From Candidatus Enterousia onthequi (GTDB lineage: Bacteria; Pseudomonadota; Alphaproteobacteria; Rs-D84), in the NCBI GenBank assembly GCA_018064365.1, contig JAGHVJ010000009.1, positions 1 through 44,330 of the forward strand: DNA of 44,330 nt, in the 5' to 3' direction. Shown piece after piece: positions 20,383 through 29,215 of the stretch. Positions within the stretch are counted from its first letter, which is position 1. Each line of letters opens with the position of its first letter. The position numbers and the translations under genes were made by a program. The notes under the pieces are model-generated. The model did not search any database and was not told the DNA's origin. It was given only the letters and a program-made list of their open reading frames with translations.

Positions 20383-21390
20383 TTATTTTTTTAAATTTTT
20401 TATTTCGCGCCAATCAGCATGATTTTTCAAATGTTCTTCATATGTATTTGAAAACCGATGACCACCGTTACCATCTGCGACAAAAAACAAATAATTTGTA
20501 TCCGCAGGATTTAACACAGACTTTATTGCCGCCGCCCCAACATTTGCAATCGGCCCAGGTGGCAAACCTTTATTTCTATATGTATTATACGGACTATCTA
20601 ACTTTAAATGTCCAGACAGCAATGGCTCGCCCTGCATATCACCCAAACCATCTGTCAAAACATAAACAACCGTTGGGTCTGCCTGTAAACGCATACCAGA
20701 ACGTAATCTATTCAAATATACACTGGCAACAATCGGCATTTCAGACGCACGTGGTGTTTCTTTTTGCACAATGGACGCCAAAGTCACAACATCATTCCAT
20801 GTTTGCAGAGGTTTTGGCAACCGACGAGATTCAAACTTTGTTTTAACCTGCTCCATTTTGCGACGTGCTAAATCCAGCACAGCCAACCGTTGTGTTCCAC
20901 GTGCCACACGATATGTATCTGGGAAAATGTCGCCATCTGAAATAGTACAAACCGGCGCCATAGCCCCCACACCACAATCAGCATCCCCAGCAAGCCCGTC
21001 AGTATTTGCCAACAAAATTCGAATTTGTTTTAGCGTCAGCCCCTCGGGAATTAAAATTTTAATAGTTGCGACATCACCATTGACCAACATTTTTGCGATT
21101 CGCCACGCAGATGCGCCACGCGGAATTTCATATTGCCCAACCTGAATACGTCCACCCATACCACGCACCGCCAATTTAAACGAAGACGCAGAATCTATTA
21201 AATCGTTTTTCTTCAACACATTTGCAACATCTGACACAGTCGCACCCGGTGCCACAGTCACCAACACAGACTTACGCGTCACATAACCAAACAAAGAAAA
21301 CACACCAATTACAATCAACAATAAAAAAATAACAAAACCAGTATGTTTTTTTAATAAACGTTTTAAAATTTTTTTCGATGCTTTTGCCAT
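20383..21390 (-). CDS. mltG: Endolytic transglycosylase MltG
   Basis: N-terminal TM, IPEG, FPDTY, LASIVQKE, NRL..GMRLQADPT, SPYNTY..GLPPGPI, YLFFVADG. Confidence 0.95.
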   Translation of the reverse strand: MAKASKKILKRLLKKHTGFVIFLLLIVIGVFSLFGYVTRKSVLVTVAPGATVSDVANVLKKNDLIDSASSFKLAVRGMGGRIQVGQYEIPRGASAWRIAKMLVNGDVATIKILIPEGLTLKQIRILLANTDGLAGDADCGVGAMAPVCTISDGDIFPDTYRVARGTQRLAVLDLARRKMEQVKTKFESRRLPKPLQTWNDVVTLASIVQKETPRASEMPIVASVYLNRLRSGMRLQADPTVVYVLTDGLGDMQGEPLLSGHLKLDSPYNTYRNKGLPPGPIANVGAAAIKSVLNPADTNYLFFVADGNGGHRFSNTYEEHLKNHADWREIKNLKK

Positions 21391-21498
21391 GATGATGAAT
21401 TATCACAAAAATAAAATTCTTTGTCAAAGTGATATAACAAAAAAATACTCTCGCACAATAATCCAAGAGTATTTATATACAATAAACAAATTTAAATT

Positions 21499-21714
21499 TT
21501 ATCGTCCATTATTTGCTTTTTGCAACAAATCTTGAACATATTTCTTGGCACGTTCTAATTCAAAAAATTTTTCCATAACTTCATTTGTTCTCGTATCATA
21601 CACCTCAAAAGAAACAAAACCAAAACCATTAGTATCATAACCATTAGAATAATGTTTTTCGACTTTACGAATCTCAAAATGCGAAAAACTACAAACTAAT
21701 TCTTTATAATCCAT
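21499..21714 (-). CDS. Hypothetical 71-aa protein
   Basis: AGGTG SD before the ATG; own downstream hairpin at about 21444-21474. Confidence 0.55.
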   Translation of the reverse strand: MDYKELVCSFSHFEIRKVEKHYSNGYDTNGFGFVSFEVYDTRTNEVMEKFFELERAKKYVQDLLQKANNGR

Positions 21715-21817
21715 CTAAGACACCTTTTTTACACACAATTGTGTTATATCAAATAATATCACAAACACAAGTTTTTTTATTAACCATAAAGCAAGACACC
21801 ATCGGGCTTACATTTGC

Positions 21818-22038
21818 AAAAATAAAACCGGCATATCGCCGGTTTAATTTCTGGTCGTAGTAACAGATTCCCTCGGTCGGCAACGCCGACACTGTGGGGA
21901 AACCGTAACGATTTCAATGCGTTTCCCTTTTGAAATCTACTTGTTTTCGAACCAGCCATTGCTAACGCAATGACGATGTATCAAATCCGATTGTTACCCC
22001 ACCCCAAAATAAAACCGGCATACCGCCGGTTTAATTTT

Positions 22039-22058
<20 letters not shown>
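21818..22058 (-). repeat. tRNA-linked direct repeat: tRNA-Pro 3' end plus terminator duplicated about 190 bp downstream
   Basis: aaaataaaaccggcatatcgccggtttaatttctggtcgtagtaacagattc (21818-21870) versus aaaataaaaccggcataccgccggtttaatttttggtcggagtaacaggattc (22006-22058). Confidence 0.8.
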
Positions 22059-22115
<57 letters not shown>

Positions 22116-22159
22116 ATATGCCGAGTATCTTACAACACTAAAATAAAAATTCAAATATT

Positions 22160-23410
22160 TTATTTTACTCGTTTAAACACAACCGATGCATTTGTGCCAC
22201 CAAATCCAAATGAATTACTGATGACTGCATCAACCTTGCGTTTTTGCGCAACATTTGGAACCAGGTTAAAATCGCCAACCTCGGGGATTGGATTTTCCAA
22301 ATTGATTGTTGGCGGGACAATATTATCACGTATCGCCAAAGCACTAAATATCGCCTCTATCGCGCCAGCCGCCCCCAACAAATGTCCTGTCATAGATTTG
22401 GTCGAAGACATACACGCACCATTATCGCCAAACAATTCACGCACAGCCAATAACTCGCCAATATCGCCCAAACCCGTAGATGTTCCATGCGCATTTACAT
22501 AATCAATATCATCTGGCTTTAATCCTGCATCTGCTATTGCAATTTTCATTGCACGCAAACCACCCTCGCCATTTGGTGCAGGTGCCGTAATATGATGCGC
22601 ATCTGCAGTCATACCGTAACCTGCCACTTCGGCATAAATTTTTGCACCACGTTTAACCGCATGTTCATATTCTTCTAAAACCAAAACACCGGCACCTTCG
22701 GCCATAACAAAACCATCACGTCCAGTATCCCATGGTCGCGACGCATGTTCTGGGTCATCATTTCGCGTTGACAAAGCCTTCATCGATGAAAAACCAGCCA
22801 CCGCCAAAGGCACCACTGCGGCCTCGGTCCCACCAGCCAGCATTAAATCAGCCGCCCCATGACGAATAAAGTCTGCCGCTTGGGCTATGGAATGAGAACC
22901 TGTTGCACATGCAGTTGCAATCGCCACATTTGGGCCACGCAAACCATACTTTATCGACAAATGTCCCGCAGTCATATTGATAATCGATTTTGGAATAAAA
23001 AACGGACTAACGAAACGAGGACCATTTTGCATCAATTCAACACAAGTATCTGTAATCGTTTGTAATCCACCAATACCACTGCCGATACTGACACCAAAAC
23101 GGTCACCATCATATCCACCGTCAATCAATCCGGCATCACGCATTGCCTCGTCTGCGGCAACCATACCATAAATAATATCTAAATCCATTTTACGTTGTTC
23201 GCGCGGTTCTACCACAGAATCTGGATTAAAATCACCATCATTTTCGCCACGCACAGGCACACCTGCAATCTGCGAAACATAACCAGATGCATCAAATTTA
23301 TCAATTTTACGAATACCGGATTTACCCGCTAAAATATTTTTCCATGCAAATTCAACACCTATGCCAACCGGAGACACGATTCCCATACCTGTGATAACAA
23401 CACGTTTCAT
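22160..23410 (-). CDS. fabF: 3-oxoacyl-ACP synthase II
   Basis: RVVITGMG, TACATG, NAHGTST, STKSMTGHLLGAAG, SNSFGFGGTN. Confidence 0.97.
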   Translation of the reverse strand: MKRVVITGMGIVSPVGIGVEFAWKNILAGKSGIRKIDKFDASGYVSQIAGVPVRGENDGDFNPDSVVEPREQRKMDLDIIYGMVAADEAMRDAGLIDGGYDGDRFGVSIGSGIGGLQTITDTCVELMQNGPRFVSPFFIPKSIINMTAGHLSIKYGLRGPNVAIATACATGSHSIAQAADFIRHGAADLMLAGGTEAAVVPLAVAGFSSMKALSTRNDDPEHASRPWDTGRDGFVMAEGAGVLVLEEYEHAVKRGAKIYAEVAGYGMTADAHHITAPAPNGEGGLRAMKIAIADAGLKPDDIDYVNAHGTSTGLGDIGELLAVRELFGDNGACMSSTKSMTGHLLGAAGAIEAIFSALAIRDNIVPPTINLENPIPEVGDFNLVPNVAQKRKVDAVISNSFGFGGTNASVVFKRVK

Positions 23411-23517
23411 ATAATACATCCTTTTACTTTATGACGGGCATATCATAATATATTTTTATAAAAATTGACAGAAAAAAATCCGTCGTTACCGACGGATTAA
23501 AATTCCAGATACAAATC

Positions 23518-23751
23518 TTATTTTCTGTGTGCATCAATATATTTAACTGCATCACCAACTTTTTCCAATTTCGCAGCATCTTCATCAGGAACTGTGATAT
23601 TGAATTCTTTTTCAACCTCCATCACGAATTCGACCAAATCCAAAGAATCCGCACCCAAATCATTCACAAATGTTGCACTTTCTGTGACATCTGCCTCTTT
23701 AACACCCAATTTTTCAACAACAATCTTTCTAACTTGTTCAAAAGTTGACAT
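23518..23751 (-). CDS. acpP: Acyl carrier protein
   Basis: DLGADSLD; upstream promoter TTGACA-17-TAGATT (23818-23846) and downstream terminator (about 23477-23498). Confidence 0.98.
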   Translation of the reverse strand: MSTFEQVRKIVVEKLGVKEADVTESATFVNDLGADSLDLVEFVMEVEKEFNITVPDEDAAKLEKVGDAVKYIDAHRK

Positions 23752-23928
23752 TTTTAATCCTTTATTTTTGTTAACCTAATCGCCCCACAAACAAACCACG
23801 AGCGCTAATTAAACAGTAATCTATCACTTTACGCCCCACCTGTCAAGAAATTATAACAAACTATAACAAAACATTGATGAACACAGATAAATAAACGATA
23901 TCTGCGACAAGCGCCCACAGCGCTTTCT

Positions 23929-24036
23929 TATATACTAAATTATGCGAGGCGATTGGACGCAAATAGAGTTTCGCAGTGTATTAGACATACATAAGAAACT
24001 GTATCTGCGACAAGCGCCCACAGAATTTAGTATATA
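23929..24036. repeat. About 108-bp palindromic structured element (RPE/MITE-like), family D copy 1
   Basis: Terminal IR tatatactaaatt/aatttagtatata; core GCAGTGTATTAGACATACATAA shared with 36155-36243 and 36259-36364; partial copy at 23899-23920. Confidence 0.8.
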
Positions 24037-25028
24037 GAGTATTTTTCCAATAATTTATTCATATTCTCGCGCAAATCTTCGCGATCAGCCGCCCATTTCA
24101 AACGACGCATTAGAAATTTATACACATCATCCATGCGTAAATTCGGCATACCTGCGGCATTTGCAACATTACGCCATGCAACACGCGGATCTGCCAAGTG
24201 ATTTTTACAACGCCCCATAAACACCCAATCACCATCTTGGGCCATATTTTCCAACAAAACCACCGCAACATTAGACAAAGGCCAATCACGCCACATATAA
24301 TGATTAAAGTCCAAATCGTCCCAGCGCATAGACAACACTTTACTTTTCGGCAAAAACGCATATATCAACATCAAAAAAGCACTACGCATAACGACATCAT
24401 CCACATCACGAATAACATCAATCAAGCGCAAAAAACTTTCGTCATCCAAAGGACTTTGCCGACGCACCTGCTGAATTTTTGGCAAATTTTCCACAGGATT
24501 ATTCTTGGCATACCCCTGCTCTATGGCATACTTAAAAACACTGGCCAACACTTCTTGCATACGCCCAGCCACAGCCGCGCCACTAATTTTTGCTATCACA
24601 TTTTTGATATCATTCTCAGAAATTTCAGAAATATTTTTATCGAACAAATCTGCCAAATGCATATTCACAGCACGCACTAATTTTACCTCTGAATCTTCGC
24701 ATCTGCGCACCTTGTGTTTCAAATACAATGTCCAAAAATCATGGAAAGATATTTTTTTACGACGCACCGGCATTTTTTTCATAGAATCCGCCAACACAGT
24801 TGCAACCCTATCCCGCGCAGTTTCAATATCCATATCCGGATAGGCACCGATAATAATGCGCTGATCACGACCACGCACACGACGTCGCACAAAGAAAGTT
24901 TTTGCCCCACGCGACGTCACATACATACGCAACCGCGGTTCAGAAATATCCTGCACGACATCAAAGCCCTTTTCTGGCAAAGGCAGATTATCAAGGATAT
25001 ACGGATTAAAGAAAAACTGATGCGCCAT
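24027..25028 (-). CDS. Tyrosine-recombinase-like protein (arm-binding DUF4102-type N-terminus), apparently lacking the catalytic residues
   Basis: LRMYVTSRGAKTF...IGAYPDMDIETAR arm domain; NNPV; VLSMRWDDLD. The R, HxxR and LGH..Y motifs are degenerate or absent. Confidence 0.8.
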   Translation of the reverse strand: MAHQFFFNPYILDNLPLPEKGFDVVQDISEPRLRMYVTSRGAKTFFVRRRVRGRDQRIIIGAYPDMDIETARDRVATVLADSMKKMPVRRKKISFHDFWTLYLKHKVRRCEDSEVKLVRAVNMHLADLFDKNISEISENDIKNVIAKISGAAVAGRMQEVLASVFKYAIEQGYAKNNPVENLPKIQQVRRQSPLDDESFLRLIDVIRDVDDVVMRSAFLMLIYAFLPKSKVLSMRWDDLDFNHYMWRDWPLSNVAVVLLENMAQDGDWVFMGRCKNHLADPRVAWRNVANAAGMPNLRMDDVYKFLMRRLKWAADREDLRENMNKLLEKYSIY

Positions 25029-25047
25029 AATATTTTCCTGTAAAAAA

Positions 25048-25413
25048 TTAACGCCCTAACCAAGACTTACAAAAATTCAGCACTGCATTCTTGAGATTTA
25101 TCTTTGTTTCAATATATTTTCCAAATGCCTGATCGCAATTTTGTTTAGCCCCCACCCCAGGACATGCCTGATTGTATTCTGTTTTACACCCTTCGCAATA
25201 CTCAACATGAACAGAATACAAGTTAATTCCATCAATAGGATTTGGATTTCTGAGGAACGCAACCTTGCAACATGTTTTTTCTGCCGCAGCACGTTTAGAT
25301 TTAAAATTGTGTCTTGCCAATTTATAATTTTGTATTGCAGTATACATATGCGCCTTGCGTTGTTGAACATTTGTCCACCAATTAGCCATTTTTTCTTGAT
25401 ATTTTTCAAACAT
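25048..25413 (-). CDS. Hypothetical Cys-containing protein
   Basis: AGGAG SD overlapping the lepA stop; co-oriented between lepA and the integrase-like gene. Confidence 0.6.
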   Translation of the reverse strand: MFEKYQEKMANWWTNVQQRKAHMYTAIQNYKLARHNFKSKRAAAEKTCCKVAFLRNPNPIDGINLYSVHVEYCEGCKTEYNQACPGVGAKQNCDQAFGKYIETKINLKNAVLNFCKSWLGR

Positions 25414-25423
25414 AGTCAAACTC

Positions 25424-27217
25424 CTAAGATTGCGCCTTTAAAGCATTAATAAACGCAGACTGTGGAATTTCTACATTACCAAAAGTCCGCAACCGTTTTT
25501 TTCCTTCCTTCTGCTTCTCCAACAATTTACGTTTACGCGTAATGTCCCCGCCATAACATTTTGCAGTCACATCTTTGCGATATGCCGCGATAGTTTCACG
25601 TGCGATAATTTTTCCACCAATCGCCGCCTGGAGTGGTATTTTAAATTGGTGCCGTGGAATTAAATCTTTTAACTTTTCGACAATTTGTCGTCCACGCGAT
25701 TCCGCAGCCGACCGATGACACATAAAAGACAACGGCTCGACATTTTCATCATTTACCAAAATAGAAACCTTGACCAAATCAGACCGTTCATATCCGCACA
25801 CAGAATAATCGAACGAAGCATATCCCGAAGATATAGATTTCACACGGTCGTAAAAATCGAACACAACCTCGGCCAAGGGCAAACGATACGTCAGCACCGC
25901 ACGATTTCCGACATAGTAAATATTATCTTGGACACCACGACGCGACGCGCACAACTCCATAATTCCGCCTAAATATTTATCAGGCATCATAATTGTCGCC
26001 AACACCCAGGGTTCTTCGATATATTCTATTTTTGTGACATCGACCATATCCGCAGGATTTTCCAAATCCATAACCGACCCATCACGCAGATGCAGTTTAT
26101 ATAACACACTGGGCACAGTATTTATCAAATCCAAATTAAATTCGCGACGCAGACGTTCACTGATAATTTCCATATGCAACAGTCCCAAAAATCCGCATCG
26201 CAAACCAAACCCCAGCGCACTAGACTTTTCAACTGTAAACACGAACGACGCGTCATTCAGCGCCAATTTTTCCGCCCCCTCACGCAGCGCCGGATAATCA
26301 TCAGCCGCCATCGGGAAAAACGAAGAAAACACCACCGGCACAGACGGTTTGAACCCAGGCAACACATCTCCACCCAAACGAGCATCAACAATCGTATCAC
26401 CGACACGACAATCATGTATAGTTTTCATCCCAGTAATAATAAACCCAATTTCGCCAGTATTTAACGCATCAACATCAACCATTTTCGGGGTGAAATACCC
26501 AATCTTTTCGACAGCATATTCAGCCCCCGTTGCGATAAACCGAACCTTTTGCCCGCGTTTCAGTATTCCATCCACCACACGCACCAACACAACAACGCCC
26601 AAATAAGAATCATACCACGAATCAACCAACAAAGCACGTGTTGCACCCGATTCGTTTCCACAAGGTTCCGGCAATTTATGCACGATTTCTTCCAGCAAAT
26701 CCGACACACCCGCACCTGTTTTTCCAGAAACGCAAACCGCATCAGTTGCATCCAAACCAATTGCATCAGAAATCTGTTGCCGAGTCCCCACAACATCCGA
26801 AGACGGCAAATCAATTTTATTCAGTACCGGCAACATTTCCAAATCGTTATCCAACGCCAAATAAGCATTAGCCAATGTTTGCGCCTGGACACCTTGGGTT
26901 GCATCGACCAAAACAATTGCGCCCTCGCACGCGGCCAACGACCTGGAAACCTCGTAAGAAAAATCGACATGTCCAGGTGTATCCATCAAATTCAATTGGT
27001 ATTCATGACCGTCACGCGCGACATATTTCAAACGCACAGTCTGGGCCTTGATAGTAATTCCGCGTTCGCGTTCAATATCCATAGAATCCAAAACTTGGGC
27101 CTTCATCTCGCGCGATTGCAGACCACCGCAAAATTCAATCAATCTGTCCGACAGAGTCGATTTCCCATGGTCGATATGCGCCACAATAGAAAAATTTCGT
27201 ATAAACTTTTGGTCCAT
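25424..27217 (-). CDS. lepA: Translation elongation factor 4 (LepA)
   Basis: [52 protein letters not shown]. Confidence 0.98.
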   Translation of the reverse strand: MDQKFIRNFSIVAHIDHGKSTLSDRLIEFCGGLQSREMKAQVLDSMDIERERGITIKAQTVRLKYVARDGHEYQLNLMDTPGHVDFSYEVSRSLAACEGAIVLVDATQGVQAQTLANAYLALDNDLEMLPVLNKIDLPSSDVVGTRQQISDAIGLDATDAVCVSGKTGAGVSDLLEEIVHKLPEPCGNESGATRALLVDSWYDSYLGVVVLVRVVDGILKRGQKVRFIATGAEYAVEKIGYFTPKMVDVDALNTGEIGFIITGMKTIHDCRVGDTIVDARLGGDVLPGFKPSVPVVFSSFFPMAADDYPALREGAEKLALNDASFVFTVEKSSALGFGLRCGFLGLLHMEIISERLRREFNLDLINTVPSVLYKLHLRDGSVMDLENPADMVDVTKIEYIEEPWVLATIMMPDKYLGGIMELCASRRGVQDNIYYVGNRAVLTYRLPLAEVVFDFYDRVKSISSGYASFDYSVCGYERSDLVKVSILVNDENVEPLSFMCHRSAAESRGRQIVEKLKDLIPRHQFKIPLQAAIGGKIIARETIAAYRKDVTAKCYGGDITRKRKLLEKQKEGKKRLRTFGNVEIPQSAFINALKAQS

Positions 27218-27318
27218 CTTTTTCCCGCAAATATTACAATCTATCTGCGGCAATAATAAACCAGTATATTTTGATTTTCAACCAAATAATACACCAATTC
27301 CGCCAAAGATTTTTTTAA

Positions 27319-27891
27319 TTACCACAGCATCAGCAACAAAATCCCGACCCCGGCTGCAATCACCGCCGCCGCCGTCAATTGCCAGAAATATTTTTTAACC
27401 ACCGCATTGGCCTGGGCCTGAAATTTCCATAACAAGAACCCCACAATAACGAATCGGCCGGTTCGGAATATCGCAGACAGTCCCAAAAACAGCAACGCCG
27501 GGAACCCCATAAATCCGGCACAAATCGCCATCAACTTGTACGGCACAGGCGTAAAAGCAGTCACAAAAATAATAAACGCGCCATGTCGCACAAATAAATC
27601 TTGGGCCATCTGGAATTTTTCCATAGAGGCAAAATTTTCAATCAACCACACCCCCACAGAATCAAACAACCACAAACCAATCATATACGCAATTGCACCC
27701 CCAACAACCGACCCGATTGAGGCCGCAACCACAGTTGACACAGCACGTTTTCGATTCGCAACAATCGGAGGCGCCATAAAAACCTCGGGCGGGACGAATA
27801 AAAAAATAGACTCGCACACAGTCATTAAAAACACGAACCACGAATACATCCGCGTATCCGCCTTGTTCAGCATAAATTCACCGAATTTCAT
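27319..27891 (-). CDS. DedA/VTT-domain (YqaA-like) membrane protein
   Basis: ESIFLFVPPE, SVVGGAIAY.IG, FTPVPYK, R.GRF. Confidence 0.88.
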   Translation of the reverse strand: MKFGEFMLNKADTRMYSWFVFLMTVCESIFLFVPPEVFMAPPIVANRKRAVSTVVAASIGSVVGGAIAYMIGLWLFDSVGVWLIENFASMEKFQMAQDLFVRHGAFIIFVTAFTPVPYKLMAICAGFMGFPALLFLGLSAIFRTGRFVIVGFLLWKFQAQANAVVKKYFWQLTAAAVIAAGVGILLLMLW

Positions 27892-27956
27892 CCCCTGTCC
27901 TTTTTTTTCACATTTATATATAGTATTTCATCCACCAAAACGCAACGACATTTTTC

Positions 27957-28165
27957 ACCCAGTGCGAATGCACTGCTGGGGTCTCCGTCATTCCGCAGAA
28001 GTGCGGAATCCAGTTTTGCGTTTCGCAAAACTTGTGTCATTTGGCTTATTACACAGGTTGTCAGACGGACAACTGGATACCGCCCTGCGGCGGTATGACA
28101 CAGAACCACCCCCACCCCGTCCCCTTCTTTATGAAAGAAGGAGACAGTGTGATAAATCACACTGG
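27957..28165. repeat. Palindrome cluster upstream of the DUF559 gene (CGTC/GTCAT-tagged REP doublet plus H2-H1 hairpins)
   Basis: cccagtgcgaatgcactg; cgtcattccgc-agaagt-gcggaatccag; ctggataccgccctgcggcggtatgac; ccttctttatgaaagaagg; cagtgtgataaatcacactg. Confidence 0.85.
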
Positions 28166-28215
28166 CACACAATAAACATATTGATTTTTTACTTATATCC
28201 AGTAATTTATATTAT

Positions 28216-28587
28216 ATGAAATTACCACAAAACAAATCATTATCAGGTCTATCCCGCGCTTTACGAAACAACGGCACCAAAGCCGAGGCTGTATTGTGGA
28301 AACATATAAAAAACAAACAAGGATACGGATTCCAATTTCATCGTCAAAAAAACATAGGTCAATATATTGTTGATTTTTATTGTCCTACTATTGGTTTAGT
28401 TATCGAAGTTGACGGCAACTCTCATGACAACAAATATGAATACGATAATAAACGAGATAAATATCTAGAAAACCTTGGATTATGCGTATTACGTATAGAT
28501 AATCAAGATATTTTATTTCAAACCAGCAAAGCATTATATTACATAGATTCTTTCATAGTTCACAGAATCAACGAATTTAAAAAGTGA
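28216..28587 (+). CDS. DUF559 (Vsr-like PD-(D/E)XK) endonuclease domain protein
   Basis: SRALRNNGTKAEAVLW, FHRQKNIGQYIVDFYC, LVIEVDGNSH, YDNKRD..L...G..VLRI.N. Confidence 0.92.
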   Translation: MKLPQNKSLSGLSRALRNNGTKAEAVLWKHIKNKQGYGFQFHRQKNIGQYIVDFYCPTIGLVIEVDGNSHDNKYEYDNKRDKYLENLGLCVLRIDNQDILFQTSKALYYIDSFIVHRINEFKK

Positions 28588-28600
28588 TTTACAAATTTTA

Positions 28601-28855
28601 CCCCAGTGCGAATGCACCGTCCCCTTCTTTATGACTCTGGGCAGAATTTCGCAAAAAAAGCGGTGGTGAAACCACCGTCCCCTTCTTTATGAAAGAAGGG
28701 GGGGACCGTTGAAAACGGTGGGGTAATTGTGATTTATATTTTTCAAATTTATCACAACCACACCGGCTGACTCAAACTTTTCACAATTACCTCCCCCGCT
28801 CCGCGGGTACTCCTTCTTTCATAAAGAAGGAGACAGTGTGATAAATCACACTGGT
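28601..28855. repeat. Palindrome cluster downstream of the DUF559 gene
   Basis: Three CCTTCTTT modules, cggtggtgaaaccaccg, accgttgaaaacggt, long-range gtaattgtga...tcacaattac pairing, and cagtgtgataaatcacactg. Confidence 0.85.
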
Positions 28856-29057
28856 TCCCACCCTATAAAAAAAACACATGTCGGTGTCGAAATTTTGCCA
28901 ATACAAAATATGAAAAAAAATTACTTGATTTTTTAAAAAAAACAAATTTTGCACAAAACAAAAAGCCACCAACCACAACAAATACAATACACACAAGATT
29001 TTAACCATATACCCCAACCACAACAAAAAAAAATTAAAAAATACTTGATTCTGCGAT

Positions 29058-29086
29058 TTGCGTCAATACAAAAAATGTGGTATAAT
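29058..29086 (+). promoter_or_regulatory. Sigma70 promoter of fibre gene 29216-30655
   Basis: TTGCGT-17 nt-TATAAT with an extended -10 TG. Confidence 0.7.
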
Positions 29087-29140
29087 ATGCATAACAAAGG
29101 CGGGAGGATTTTTCGCATAACAAACGATTATTCACCCCAC

Positions 29141-29192
29141 CAAACAAACAAACAAACAAACAAACAAACAAACAAACAAACAAACAAACAAA
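29141..29192 (+). repeat. (CAAA)13 tetranucleotide microsatellite in the 5' UTR
   Basis: 13 perfect CAAA units between the promoter and the RBS. Confidence 0.95.
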
Positions 29193-29215
29193 CGAAAGAA
29201 CAAAGGGAAAATAAC

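Noticed and set aside
21850..22000. Second tRNA or tmRNA gene
   Set aside because: Only the 3' end resembles a tRNA; there is no cloverleaf or tag reading frame.
27957..28855. CRISPR array
   Set aside because: The repeats are irregularly spaced palindromic modules in mixed orientation with no unique equal-length spacers, and there are no cas genes.
28949..29215. N-terminal QTNK-repeat extension of the fibre ORF
   Set aside because: It spans the promoter and the microsatellite; the SD and signal peptide point to ATG 29216.
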